Origin: Bacteroidia bacterium
GTDB lineage: Bacteria; Bacteroidota; Ignavibacteria; UBA10030
Assembly (NCBI GenBank): GCA_022180565.1
Contig: BQML01000019.1
Coordinates: 19,381-83,380, forward strand
Direction of reading: 5' to 3'
Length of the DNA stretch: 64,000 nt
Made by a program: the position numbers and the translations under genes. Below the pieces are notes generated by a model. The model saw only the letters and a program-made list of their open reading frames with translations, had not been told where the DNA came from and searched no databases. This document shows positions 26,542 to 35,795 of this stretch, piece after piece. Each line of letters starts with the position of its first letter. Within the stretch, counting starts at the first letter, position 1.

Positions 26542-26967
26542 CTATTCTTCGATCGTTATCCCCATGCTCCTCGCGGTACCGGCCACCATGGACATCGCGG
26601 CTTCGACGCTCGAAGCGTTGAGGTCGGGCATCTTCATCTCCGCGATCTCCCGGAGTTGTTTCTTCGACACCACCCCGACCTTTGTCCGATTCGGTTCTCC
26701 GGATCCCTTCTCGATCTTCACGGCCTTGAGCAGGAGTGTTGCCGCCGGGGGTGTTTTCGTAATGAACGTGAACGACTTGTCATTGAACACGGTGATGATC
26801 ACCGGAATGATCAGACCCTGCTGATCCTTCGTTCTGGCATTAAACTGCTTGCAGAACTCCATGATGTTCACACCCTTTTGGCCCAGAGCGGGTCCGACCG
26901 GAGGAGCCGGGTTTGCCTGACCAGCAGGGATTTGCAGTTTGATGAATCCTACGACCTTTTTTGCCAT
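26542..26967 (-). CDS. rplK: 50S ribosomal protein L11
   Basis: 141 aa [43 protein letters not shown]. Confidence 0.95.
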   Translation of the reverse strand: MAKKVVGFIKLQIPAGQANPAPPVGPALGQKGVNIMEFCKQFNARTKDQQGLIIPVIITVFNDKSFTFITKTPPAATLLLKAVKIEKGSGEPNRTKVGVVSKKQLREIAEMKMPDLNASSVEAAMSMVAGTARSMGITIEE

Positions 26968-26988
26968 GCCTATGCCTCGCGTTCTCCG

Positions 26989-27522
26989 TTACTTTTCAAG
27001 TTCCACCTGGCCGAAGTCCAGTTCCACCGGGGTCTTCCGCCCGAAGATGCTCACCATGACCTTGACCTTCAGCTTTTCCGGATTCACTTCCTGAACAAAG
27101 CCGTTGAAATTGTTGAAGGGCCCTTCGACAACCTTCACCGGATCGCCGACGCGGAAGGGCACCTCCACCATCTCCACCTCTTCCTTTTCCTCCATTTTCC
27201 CGATGAGACGCCGAACCTCATCCGGCTGCAGGGGAACAGGGTTATTCTTATCCGGCACGAATCCCAGTACGGAAGGCGCTTCCGAGATGAGGTGTGTCGT
27301 CTCCTTATCGATCACGGCCTCAACCAGTATATAGCCGGGGAAGAAGTTCTTCACCCTGGCCTTCTTCTTGCCGTCCTTTACTTCAATCACCTTTTCTGAC
27401 GGAATGAGGATGCTTCCGATCCTTTCCGACAAGCCGAGCCGGGCGACCTCGGCCTCGAGGTAGGCCTTTACCTTGGCCTCGTGCCCGGAATACGTTCTTA
27501 CCACATACCAACGTTTGTCCAA
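26989..27522 (-). CDS. nusG: transcription termination/antitermination factor NusG
   Basis: 177 aa MDKRWYVVRTYSGHEAKVKAYLE (NGN) plus KOW C-terminus. Confidence 0.9.
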   Translation of the reverse strand: MDKRWYVVRTYSGHEAKVKAYLEAEVARLGLSERIGSILIPSEKVIEVKDGKKKARVKNFFPGYILVEAVIDKETTHLISEAPSVLGFVPDKNNPVPLQPDEVRRLIGKMEEKEEVEMVEVPFRVGDPVKVVEGPFNNFNGFVQEVNPEKLKVKVMVSIFGRKTPVELDFGQVELEK

Positions 27523-27535
27523 CGAATTCTTTCCT

Positions 27536-27718
27536 TTATAAGATTGCCTTCAGCACTTCGCTGAGCGCGGTGTCCACAACCCAGGTGAAGAGAGAGATGA
27601 GGATCGTGACGACGATGACGATCTTTGTGGATTCGTACAGTTCCTCCTTCGTCGGCCACGTGACCTTCTCCATCTCCTTGACAATGTCTCTGAAAAAATT
27701 GAGGATCTTTTCTTTCAT
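27536..27718 (-). CDS. secE: preprotein translocase subunit SecE
   Basis: 60 aa, single C-terminal TM helix, FFRDIVKEMEKVTWPTKEE motif; canonical position before nusG. Confidence 0.8.
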   Translation of the reverse strand: MKEKILNFFRDIVKEMEKVTWPTKEELYESTKIVIVVTILISLFTWVVDTALSEVLKAIL

Positions 27719-27748
27719 GGTGTTCCTGTTCTTCGGCCGGAGAAAATC

Positions 27749-27821
<73 letters not shown>

Positions 27822-27871
27822 TATTTCTCGTTTTCACGAAGCAGGCGGGGACAGCCGTCGCTCCACCCGGG

Positions 27872-28021
27872 CTACTTGGTTTCCTTGTGCGGGGTCCGCT
27901 TGTTACACCACGGGCAGAACTTCTTGAACTCCACGCGGCCGGTGTGTTTCTTCTTGTTCTTTGTGGTGCTGTAGTTCCTTCGCTTGCACGAAGAGCATTC
28001 CAGCGTAATAATGTCTCTCAC
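27872..28021 (-). CDS. rpmG: 50S ribosomal protein L33 (Zn-ribbon form), GTG start; not in ORF track (<60 aa)
   Basis: Reverse complement translates (V/M)[48 protein letters not shown] with GGAGA RBS 7 nt upstream of the GTG. Confidence 0.8.
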   Translation of the reverse strand: MRDIITLECSSCKRRNYSTTKNKKKHTGRVEFKKFCPWCNKRTPHKETK

Positions 28022-28196
28022 GTTCGTTTCTCCGAAGTCCTCTCATGCGCGGCCGGGTTTGCGACCGGGATTTTCACTTCAACACAAGTTCCCTTACGGG
28101 GCCGGCCCGCCCCTGTGAATCCTCCAAAGCCGGCAGGATCAGGCTTTCCTTCACCACACTCTCACACTTCTGACCGGGGCCTCGTCCTCAAGGGAG

Positions 28197-28269
<73 letters not shown>

Positions 28270-28379
28270 GGAACATGGAAAAATGAAAATGGTAAAAGGA
28301 AAATTTCCCTTTCCCTTTTTCCTTTTTCCCTTTCCCTTTTTCCTTTTTCCCTTTTCCTTTTTCCTTTTTCCCTGTTAAG
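28270..28379. repeat. tRNA leader spacer unit A: 48-nt conserved head + (CCTTTT/CCCTTT/CCTTTTT)n polypyrimidine microsatellite (28306-28373)
   Basis: Head GCGGAACATGGAAAAATGAAAATGGTAAAAGGAAAATTTCCCTTTCCC is identical to unit B; followed by ~11 imperfect hexamer repeats. Confidence 0.9.
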
Positions 28380-28452
28380 AGCGGGAGACGGGACTCGAAC
28401 CCGCGACCAACAGCTTGGAAGGCTGTGACTCTACCAACTGAGTTACTCCCGC
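28380..28452 (-). tRNA. tRNA-Gly (anticodon TCC)
   Basis: Acceptor GCGGGAG/CTCCCGC, anticodon loop CCTTCCAAG, T-loop GGTTCGAGTCC. Confidence 0.85.
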
Positions 28453-28568
28453 GGAACATGGAAAAATGAAAATGGTAAAAGGAAAATTTCCCTTTCCCTT
28501 TTCCTTTTTCCTTTTTCCTTTTTCCTTTTTCCCTTTTCCCTTTTCCCTTTTCCCTTTTCCTTGTTACG
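28453..28568. repeat. tRNA leader spacer unit B: same 48-nt head + longer (CCTTTT)n tract (28489-28562)
   Basis: Identical head sequence to unit A then ~14 hexamer-like repeats ending CCTTGTTACGT. Confidence 0.9.
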
Positions 28569-28651
28569 TGGGCAGGGAAGGATTCGAACCTCCGAAGGCA
28601 TAAGCCGTCAGATTTACAGTCTGATGCGTTTGACCGCTTCGCTACCTGCCC
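28569..28651 (-). tRNA. tRNA-Tyr (anticodon GTA), class II with long variable arm
   Basis: Acceptor GGGCAGG/CCTGCCC, anticodon loop ACTGTAAAT, long extra arm GACGGCTTATGCCTTCGGAGG, T-loop GGTTCGAATCC. Confidence 0.85.
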
Positions 28652-28708
28652 CTGAATGCACCGTCGGGGAAACGAACCAACGAAGGTGGTGACGTCCCGC
28701 GCCCTTTG

Positions 28709-28781
28709 AGCTGGCGACCAGACTTGAACTGGTGACCTGCTGATTACAAGTCAGCTGCTCTACCAACTGAGCTACGCCAGC
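28709..28781 (-). tRNA. tRNA-Thr (anticodon TGT)
   Basis: Acceptor GCTGGCG/CGCCAGC, anticodon loop ACTTGTAAT, T-loop GGTTCAAGTCT. Confidence 0.85.
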
Positions 28782-28804
28782 ATCTACAGAAGAAGAGTTG
28801 TCGG

Positions 28805-28834
28805 GACTGCTCTACCAACTGATGTGCGCCAGCA
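28805..28834 (-). pseudogene. truncated tRNA fragment (5-prime ~27 nt of a tRNA-Thr(TGT)-like gene: acceptor + D-arm only)
   Basis: Reverse complement GCTGGCGCACATCAGTTGGTAGAGCAG matches the 5-prime end of the adjacent tRNA-Thr (GCTGGCGTAGCTCAGTTGGTAGAGCAG) then diverges. Confidence 0.4.
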
Positions 28835-28848
28835 TGGACCGACCTGTC

Positions 28849-28864
28849 GAGAGGATATCCTCTC
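28849..28864. other. perfect 16-bp palindrome GAGAGGATATCCTCTC, flanked by GGACCGA(C/G)C direct repeats
   Basis: Read directly; no adjacent T-tract on either strand so not a classical intrinsic terminator. Confidence 0.5.
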
Positions 28865-29121
28865 CCTCGGACCGAGCCGGGGAAGCACCCCCCTTCATCA
28901 TCGTCTGAAGAAGGCGCGAAAAAAAGCCACACCACGCGTACCACGCTGCGCAGCATGGACTTGCCACAACTTGATAAACAAAGGGATTGTGCGCGGATTT
29001 CTCGAGACAAGTAATATATGCTTTTTTGGCTCATAGTCAACGGCGAGAGCCCAAAAAAAGGCGTTTTACTAAGGGAACCCCTTCCTTCCTCCAAGTCACA
29101 AACCCTCATAAAGGGGAATGT

Positions 29122-32025
29122 TCAGGCGACGCAGAATTTGAGAATCCCTTCAAAAAAAGCCCTGTTTTGCGCCTGGATTGTCTTGACCGTCTTGAGGAGG
29201 GCGGCCGGGGTTCCCAAACCCAATGCCGCCGCAAGAGCCTGCATTCTGATCTTATCTCCCGGAAGGACGAAATCCCTTGAATCCGCGTTGAGTCGAATGA
29301 TCGTTTCGAGGGTTCTCAACACGACGAGATGTTCTTTCACGATGGAAGCCTGCGATGATGGAATCAATCCGATTCTTTCCATGGCCTCCACCGCTCCGTG
29401 CGTACTTTCAGAGCGGATCGCCGGATGACTCTTCCCAAAACGCAACTGCAAAAGCTGAACAGCAAATTCGAGATCCATCAATCCCCCCTTGCCGGTCTTG
29501 AGGTTCCCGGCGGAATGCGGGGAAGATCTCTCTGATTCTATCCGCTCACGCATGGATCGCATCTCCTCCACCCATCCTGAGGGAAGAGGCGCTCCAAACA
29601 GCGCATCGTCGATCATCGAACGTATCTCCCTCCCCAACAGCGGATTTCCGAAGAGCATCCTTGCCTTCAAGAGCGATTGGCGCTCCCAGAGCGATGCCCT
29701 TGTCCGAAGGTATTCTCTATAATAGTTTACATCCACCGCCAATGGCGCGTTGTGTCCCTCGGGTCTCAATCGAAAATCCATCTCACGTCTCATTCTTGAC
29801 CTTGCATGGCCGAGGAATGTCTTGACGATCTTCTCTGCATCGGACGGTTCGGTGATTCTGCTGTCGTAGAGGAAAACAAGATCGAGATCCGAGCCGGCAG
29901 TAATCTCCCTCCCTCCAAGCTTACCCATCGCGAGCAAAACGCCTTCGTGGAATCTCTCCGTGGCCTCAGCGGTCTCGCGCAGGAGATCTTCGGCAAGCAA
30001 CGAGATTCTGCTCATTGTTTCGACAATGTCCTCCTGGCCCATGATGAATCGGATCAACAGCTTGTGCTCGTTGTACGAGCGGAACTTCTCCGGATCATAG
30101 GCGCGAAGGAATTGCCAACTCCATGCCGTGGCAAAGACTTCTTCGGGCGAGCCAACCAGCGTTTCAAAAAACAGCGGTTCACGAGCCAGCAAGGCGGCTG
30201 TTGCCCGACTGCGCGCACCCACACGCGCGAGGAGAGCCAAGAGTTCCTTGTTGGTCCACGCCTGTGTGAACGCCCGCCGGAGCGGGGTCGCCTGTGAAAT
30301 GAGGGCAAGGGATTCAAGCGACCAATCGGGCGCCCGCGTCTCAGCGACCACACGCACCAATTCATCACGACGTTCTGCCGCCTGTGATCCCGGAAACATC
30401 TGCAGGATCAGCTTGATATAATCCTCTGCTTTTTGCTTCTCGAAAAACTGCGCGGCCCTGGCAAACTGCCGTGCGGTTCTCCGCTTCATCTTCCGCCGCG
30501 GCCGGATGATTGCCTCGAAAATCGCCCTGACATTCTTTCGATGCGAGGTGAGAGACTTCAAGAAACTTCTTCCGGACGGAAACCCGAGTCGCCGGGCAAG
30601 GAATTCTTTCTCCGCCTCCGTTTGCGGGAGCATGTGGGTTTGCATTCCATGCAACAACTGAAGCCTGTGCTCGACCAGACGGAGGAAACGGTATGCCTTC
30701 GCAAGGGATGTCGCATCCTTTGAATGCAGTACTCCTGCCGTTGCCAGGGCTTGGAGTGCCTCGAGGGTATTTCGTTGCCGCAGGCTTTCGTCTTCTCCCC
30801 CTTTGAGGAGTTGGAGCCCCTGTACCACGAACTCGATGTCTCTGATTCCGCCCTCCCCCAGCTTCACATTGGCACTGTCGGTACGCTCTTCGATCCGCGT
30901 TTTCATATCGCTCAATTCTTCCAGGGGGTTCCGCAGAAACGTCCTTGGATACACGAAGGGCTTGAGTGCCTCCAGCCAGCGGCGCGCCGTGTCGGAGCTG
31001 CCGGCAACGGGCCGCGCTTTTACGAGCATCTGACGCTCCCAGGTTTCTCCCCTCATCTCATAGTACCGAAGCGAGGCAGGGATGGAGATCGCCAGAGGGC
31101 CGGATCGTCCCTCGGGGCGAAGTCTCATGTCCACGCGGTAGAGCGACCCTTCCCCGCTGAACTCCGTCAAACGACGGACCACGAATTCCGCCAATCTGTT
31201 GTAGAATTCATGAAAGGTCCGGATTCTCTGGTGGGCGGCATGGAATTCGCCATCGCTCTCAAAAATGAAGAGGAGGTCGATGTCTGAACTGAAGTTCAGC
31301 TCTTCTCCACCCAATTTTCCCAATCCGATCACCGTAAGCGTGTTTGCGAAGTCAGCTCCCGTTTGGAGCCTCAGTTCCTGCCATCCGAGTTCCAGCACAG
31401 CTCCCACCACCGCGTCCGCCAGCGCAGAGAGTTCCCGCGTGATCGTTTCAACGCCGGCCTCCTTCAGCACGTCCCGTGCTCCGATCCGGAGAATCTCCCG
31501 CCGACGAAACCGCCGCAGGGCATCGAGTTTCCGGTCCGTTCTGGAAAAGGATTCCATGGCCGCCAGGGCCTCCTTTCGAAATTCCATGGATTCCTTTGTT
31601 CGCCTAAGGACCGGGGTGGCGGTCAGCCACCGGAACAATTCGGGATCACGAACGAGGATGTCGGCGAGATACTGGGATTGGGAAAACAGTTCGAGGGTGA
31701 TGCGCTGAAGCACGGGGTACCGCTGGAAATCGTTCAAAATGGCGGTGGTGAAGCCCGCGCTGAGAAAGCGATGCAGGTTGTTGACTGCCCGCAGGGGATC
31801 GGCGGTTCCGGCGAGGTCCTTCCTCAACGTTTTAAAGAATCTCTCAGGCGGGATCCCTGCTGTTGTCAGTAGTGAGTCAAATGAAGCCAGATGCGGTCGG
31901 ATCGTCTTTTTTGCCGCCGATTTTCGTTGCGCTCTCATGTTGGTGGCAAAATAGAAAAAAACAGAACGAAAAGCATAGACGCCAAACTCCTTGCATCTCC
32001 GCCCCTCAACTTCTATATTCATCAT
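29122..32025 (-). CDS. glnE: bifunctional [glutamine synthetase] adenylyltransferase/adenylyl-removing enzyme
   Basis: 967 aa with two nucleotidyltransferase modules (GGEELNFSSDIDLLFIFESDG and GGREITAGSDLDLVFLYD) and GlnE helical linker; true start may be MRAQRKS 29 codons downstream. Confidence 0.9.
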   Translation of the reverse strand: MMNIEVEGRRCKEFGVYAFRSVFFYFATNMRAQRKSAAKKTIRPHLASFDSLLTTAGIPPERFFKTLRKDLAGTADPLRAVNNLHRFLSAGFTTAILNDFQRYPVLQRITLELFSQSQYLADILVRDPELFRWLTATPVLRRTKESMEFRKEALAAMESFSRTDRKLDALRRFRRREILRIGARDVLKEAGVETITRELSALADAVVGAVLELGWQELRLQTGADFANTLTVIGLGKLGGEELNFSSDIDLLFIFESDGEFHAAHQRIRTFHEFYNRLAEFVVRRLTEFSGEGSLYRVDMRLRPEGRSGPLAISIPASLRYYEMRGETWERQMLVKARPVAGSSDTARRWLEALKPFVYPRTFLRNPLEELSDMKTRIEERTDSANVKLGEGGIRDIEFVVQGLQLLKGGEDESLRQRNTLEALQALATAGVLHSKDATSLAKAYRFLRLVEHRLQLLHGMQTHMLPQTEAEKEFLARRLGFPSGRSFLKSLTSHRKNVRAIFEAIIRPRRKMKRRTARQFARAAQFFEKQKAEDYIKLILQMFPGSQAAERRDELVRVVAETRAPDWSLESLALISQATPLRRAFTQAWTNKELLALLARVGARSRATAALLAREPLFFETLVGSPEEVFATAWSWQFLRAYDPEKFRSYNEHKLLIRFIMGQEDIVETMSRISLLAEDLLRETAEATERFHEGVLLAMGKLGGREITAGSDLDLVFLYDSRITEPSDAEKIVKTFLGHARSRMRREMDFRLRPEGHNAPLAVDVNYYREYLRTRASLWERQSLLKARMLFGNPLLGREIRSMIDDALFGAPLPSGWVEEMRSMRERIESERSSPHSAGNLKTGKGGLMDLEFAVQLLQLRFGKSHPAIRSESTHGAVEAMERIGLIPSSQASIVKEHLVVLRTLETIIRLNADSRDFVLPGDKIRMQALAAALGLGTPAALLKTVKTIQAQNRAFFEGILKFCVA

Positions 32026-32057
32026 CTACTTCTCATCACGTCATTTGAAATTGAAAC

Positions 32058-32363
32058 ATGGTCAAGCTCATCGCGCTCTATAGGGCTCCCGAGGACCCAT
32101 CGTCGTTCGACCGACACTACGAAGAGGTTCACACGCCTCTCATCAGGAAAATGCCCGGTCTCCGGAAACTCGAAGTTGCCCGCATTACCGGTGCCCCCAT
32201 TGGAGAGCCCAAGCACTATCTGATCGCCGAGATGTACTTTGACAGCCAGGATGCGCTGGATGCGTCGATGGCTTCAGCCGAGGGCAAAGCCGCGGCACGG
32301 GATCTGATGGGCTTCGCGGGAAACCTGGTAACCATGTTCTACGCCGAGGTCAAAAGCGAATAA
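32058..32363 (+). CDS. EthD/Dabb-like small alpha+beta barrel protein (function unknown)
   Basis: 101 aa MVKLIALYRAPEDPSSFDRHYEEVHTPLIRKMPGL...; size and N-terminal pattern resemble the EthD family (TIGR02118-like); assignment from memory only. Confidence 0.55.
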   Translation: MVKLIALYRAPEDPSSFDRHYEEVHTPLIRKMPGLRKLEVARITGAPIGEPKHYLIAEMYFDSQDALDASMASAEGKAAARDLMGFAGNLVTMFYAEVKSE

Positions 32364-32369
32364 TCCGTC

Positions 32370-33236
32370 ATGAGCAAGTATTCCGGCACGTCTCCCGCCC
32401 GCCTTCGCTTCAAGAATATTCGGTATAGAAAGAAGAACTGGATCGCGACGGTCACGATCAATCGCCCCGAAGTGCACAATTGCCTGGATTTCCAGACCCT
32501 GCTGGAGCTCGGGAGGGCGTTTCAGGACGCAGGATGGGACGATCGGATTGCCGTGGTTGTTGTAACCGGCGCCGGCGACAAGGCATTCTGCACGGGAGCA
32601 GATATAAAAGAGTGGAAGAGGGATTTTCTTGAGAGACCGAACGATTTCTATAAATGGATGGGGGTGTTCATTGAGACCTATGAGCGGCTTCGCAACATCG
32701 GCAAACCGACGATTGCGCGGCTGAACGGAATGACCGTGGGTGGCGGAAACGAGCTGCACATGTCGTGCGACCTGGCCATCGCCGCGGAAGATGTGGTCAT
32801 ACGGCACGTCGGAACGTCGCGCGGAAGCGTTCCGGGAGCGGGAGCGACGCAATGGCTTCCGTTGATCGTCGGGGACCGGAGAGCGCGCGAAATCCTGTTC
32901 CTCTGCGAAGATGTGCCCGCCCGGAAGGCCTTGGAATGGGGGCTTATCAATGAAGTTGTTCCTCGCCATCAGCTCGATGCGGCCGTGCAGAGGATGGCGG
33001 AAAAGCTGATCCGAAAACTGCCGGAGGTTACCCGCTACACAAAGCAGCAGCTCAATTTCTGGCGAGAGTTTTCCTGGGCGATGACCATCGGACATCTGAA
33101 GGACTGGCTGACCGTGCACACCGGCGCTCCCGAGATCGCCGAAGGCATCAGGGCATTCAGCGAGAAGAGGCCGGTGGATTATATGGCCATCCGGTCACTG
33201 ACAGCCGGAAAGCGCGCACGAAGCAAGAAGAAATAA
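32370..33236 (+). CDS. enoyl-CoA hydratase/isomerase (crotonase) family protein, MenB/naphthoate-synthase-like subgroup
   Basis: 288 aa; VTINRPEVHNCLD...VVVVTGAGDKAFCTGADIKEW...GGGNELHMSCDLAIAAED align with crotonase oxyanion-hole segments; resembles MenB but lacks its exact motifs. Confidence 0.8.
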   Translation: MSKYSGTSPARLRFKNIRYRKKNWIATVTINRPEVHNCLDFQTLLELGRAFQDAGWDDRIAVVVVTGAGDKAFCTGADIKEWKRDFLERPNDFYKWMGVFIETYERLRNIGKPTIARLNGMTVGGGNELHMSCDLAIAAEDVVIRHVGTSRGSVPGAGATQWLPLIVGDRRAREILFLCEDVPARKALEWGLINEVVPRHQLDAAVQRMAEKLIRKLPEVTRYTKQQLNFWREFSWAMTIGHLKDWLTVHTGAPEIAEGIRAFSEKRPVDYMAIRSLTAGKRARSKKK

Positions 33237-33249
33237 ACGCAAGAGGCCC

Positions 33250-34050
33250 TTGGAAGAAATTGTCGTGACCGTCATGGACTATCAGTTCATTCTGGTTTCG
33301 AAGGATCCTGCAGGTTTTGCGGTGGTGCAACTCAACCGCCCAGAGGTCCTCAATGCCATCAACATCAAACTGATGGAAGAATTGGTGGCGGCGTTGGAGG
33401 CCCTGGATTCGGATCAGGACATTCGGTGCATTGTGATCACTGGAAATGAAAAAGCGTTTGCGGCGGGAGCAGACATCAAGGAAATGTCCGACGCCTCGGC
33501 CGTGGAAATGCTTCAACGGGATCAGTTTGCACGCTGGGACAGAATCAGAAAAGTGAAGAAGCCGATTGTCGCGGCGGTGAGCGGATTCGCTCTCGGTGGA
33601 GGCTGTGAGCTGATGATGACCTGCGATATCGTCATTGCTTCTGAAACTGCGCGGATCGGCCAGCCGGAGATCAACATCGGCGTCATGCCGGGCGCCGGCG
33701 GAACTCAGCGTCTGACGCGTGCCGTCGGGAAGGTCAAAGCCATGGAAATGGTCTTAACGGGAACGATGATCACGGCGCAAGAGGCGCTTCAGTGGGGACT
33801 CGTGAACAAGGTTATGCCCGTCGAGTTCTACCTGGAGGAAGCGAAGGCCCTGGCAAAGAACATTGCACAGAAGCCTCCGCTTGCCGTTCGTCTCGCCAAA
33901 GAATCCGTTCTGAAGGCATTCGATACCACCATCGAAGGCGGGCTGGAGTTTGAGCGGAAGAACTTCTATCTGCTTTTTGCGAGCGAGGATCAAAAGGAAG
34001 GAATGAAGGCGTTTACCGAAAAAAGGAATGCGCAGTGGAAGGGAAAATGA
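33250..34050 (+). CDS. short-chain enoyl-CoA hydratase (crotonase, Crt/PaaF-like)
   Basis: 266 aa; AVVQLNRPEVLNAINIKLMEEL...ITGNEKAFAAGADIKEM...GGGCELMMTCDIVIASE; likely true start MDYQF at 33277. Confidence 0.85.
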   Translation: MEEIVVTVMDYQFILVSKDPAGFAVVQLNRPEVLNAINIKLMEELVAALEALDSDQDIRCIVITGNEKAFAAGADIKEMSDASAVEMLQRDQFARWDRIRKVKKPIVAAVSGFALGGGCELMMTCDIVIASETARIGQPEINIGVMPGAGGTQRLTRAVGKVKAMEMVLTGTMITAQEALQWGLVNKVMPVEFYLEEAKALAKNIAQKPPLAVRLAKESVLKAFDTTIEGGLEFERKNFYLLFASEDQKEGMKAFTEKRNAQWKGK

Positions 34051-34074
34051 TGTGATGGATGAGGCGCGCGTGCG

Positions 34075-34866
34075 ATGAGTCAGTACGAGACACTTCTTGT
34101 TTCCACGAAAGACGGCGTGTGCACGGTGACGCTGAACAGGCCTGATGTGTACAATGCGCTCAATGAGCAGATGAAAAAAGAGCTCAATGACGCGATGAAA
34201 GCTTTGGAAAAGGACGCCGGCGTACGGTGCGTAGTCCTGCGGGGCGCGGGAGACAGGGCGTTTTGCTCAGGGCAGGATCTGAAGGAACATTCAGGCAGGG
34301 AGAACAAACGATCGCTCAGGCAATCTCTTGAGACGATGTACAATCCTCTCATCCGGAAGATCCGCGCGGTCGAAAAACCGGTTGTGGCAATGATCAACGG
34401 TGTTGCGGCGGGGGCGGGGATGAGTATTGCTCTTGCCTGCGACATGCGCATCATGGCGGATACCGCGCGCATGATCGAAGTGTTCATCCGGATCGGCCTC
34501 GTGCCGGACTCTGGATCGCACTGGTTCCTTCCGAGACTTGTGGGCATGGCGCGAGCCTTTGAATATGCCGCCCTTGGCCAGGATATTTCGGCCGCGGAAG
34601 CCGAACGAGTCGGGCTCGTGAACAAGGTTGTCCCCGCAGCCGAGCTCGAGGCGGCAACCATGGAGCTTGCCGACCGGCTCGCGAAGGCTCCCACGAAGGC
34701 CATCGGACTGATCAAGCGAACACTCAACAAGGCTCTCTCATCCGATCTCGATACCCTGCTGGAGTATGAGGCTGTGATTCAGGAGATTGCGTCGGGCACG
34801 GAAGATCACCGGGAGGGCGTGACGGCGTTTCTGGAGAAACGTCCGGCACGGTTCCGGGGTCAGTGA
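34075..34866 (+). CDS. enoyl-CoA hydratase/isomerase family protein (PaaG-like)
   Basis: 263 aa; TVTLNRPDVYNALN...VLRGAGDRAFCSGQDLKE...GAGMSIALACDMRIMAD. Confidence 0.85.
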   Translation: MSQYETLLVSTKDGVCTVTLNRPDVYNALNEQMKKELNDAMKALEKDAGVRCVVLRGAGDRAFCSGQDLKEHSGRENKRSLRQSLETMYNPLIRKIRAVEKPVVAMINGVAAGAGMSIALACDMRIMADTARMIEVFIRIGLVPDSGSHWFLPRLVGMARAFEYAALGQDISAAEAERVGLVNKVVPAAELEAATMELADRLAKAPTKAIGLIKRTLNKALSSDLDTLLEYEAVIQEIASGTEDHREGVTAFLEKRPARFRGQ

Positions 34867-34905
34867 TCAAGTCCGCCGTCGTTTCCCCAGACCATCCGTG
34901 AGGGT

Positions 34906-35778
34906 TTGCCTCTCATGATCAAGCATGTTGGAGTCGTCGGTGCAGGAACGATGGGCGCCGGCATCGCCCTGGCGGCGGCCCGTTCCGGACTCGACGTCAT
35001 CCTCTACGACGTCAACGATACTGTTCTCCGCCAGGCATTGGAGCGGATCAAAACCGACCTGAAGCAGGGCGTGGCAAAAGGGAAAGTCCCAGCCGATGAG
35101 GTTTCATCCATCGTCACGCGGATTCACCCAAGGACCAATCTCTCTGACTTCCATGCATGCGAGTTGGTGGTCGAAGCGATCATTGAGGATCTCCGGGTCA
35201 AAAAAGACCTCTTCAAACATCTCGAAACCCACACGAAAACATCGACTGTTCTGGCAACGAACACTTCCTCTCTGTCCGTCACCGCCATTACCTCGGTTCT
35301 CCGCAAGCCCGAACGCGGCATCGGTCTGCATTTCTTTAATCCTGCTCATATCATGAAGCTTGTCGAGATCGTGCGGACGCGGGCCACATCGGAGAGTACT
35401 GTTGCCTTTGCGAGATCCTTCCTCCATGACATTGGCAAACAACCCGTGCTGGTCCGTGATACACCGGGATTCATCGTCAACCGCGTCGCCCGGCCTTTCT
35501 ACGGCGAAGCTCTGCGCCTTCTTGGCGAGCAGGTAGCGACGCACGAGCAGATCGATCGGATTTTGAAACAGGGGGCCGGATTTGCCATGGGCCCGTTCGA
35601 GTTGATGGATTTGATCGGCATCGACGTCAATTTTGCCGTAACGCAGTCCATGTACGACCAGTTTTTCGGCGAGCCGCGCTACCGCCCCCACCCCATCCAG
35701 AAGCAAATGGTTGACGCAGGCAGGCTCGGCAAGAAAACAGGGGCGGGATTCTACACCTACAACGACAACACGAAATAG
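34906..35778 (+). CDS. NAD-dependent 3-hydroxyacyl-CoA (3-hydroxybutyryl-CoA) dehydrogenase
   Basis: 290 aa; Rossmann GxGxxG VGVVGAGTMGAGIALAAA, catalytic NTSSLSVT and HFFNPAHIMKLVE segments, C-terminal dimerisation domain. Confidence 0.9.
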   Translation: MPLMIKHVGVVGAGTMGAGIALAAARSGLDVILYDVNDTVLRQALERIKTDLKQGVAKGKVPADEVSSIVTRIHPRTNLSDFHACELVVEAIIEDLRVKKDLFKHLETHTKTSTVLATNTSSLSVTAITSVLRKPERGIGLHFFNPAHIMKLVEIVRTRATSESTVAFARSFLHDIGKQPVLVRDTPGFIVNRVARPFYGEALRLLGEQVATHEQIDRILKQGAGFAMGPFELMDLIGIDVNFAVTQSMYDQFFGEPRYRPHPIQKQMVDAGRLGKKTGAGFYTYNDNTK

Positions 35779-35795
35779 GACGATTCCGCGGAATC

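Noticed and set aside
28306-28562. Possible CRISPR array suggested by short direct repeats near the tRNA genes
   Set aside because: The repeats are 6-7 nt CCTTTT-type microsatellite units with no unique spacers, no 25-40 nt repeat periodicity and no cas genes; they form a simple-sequence tract, not a CRISPR.
28744-29109. 121-aa minus-strand ORF between the tRNA array and glnE
   Set aside because: It overlaps tRNA-Thr and the tRNA fragment, has no RBS or signal and a compositionally odd sequence; the region is better explained as tRNA promoter/regulatory space.
32370-33236. Calling the first crotonase a true MenB (menaquinone biosynthesis)
   Set aside because: No other men genes are nearby, the characteristic MenB motifs are only partly present and the context is a CoA beta-oxidation block; kept as a MenB-like subgroup crotonase only.
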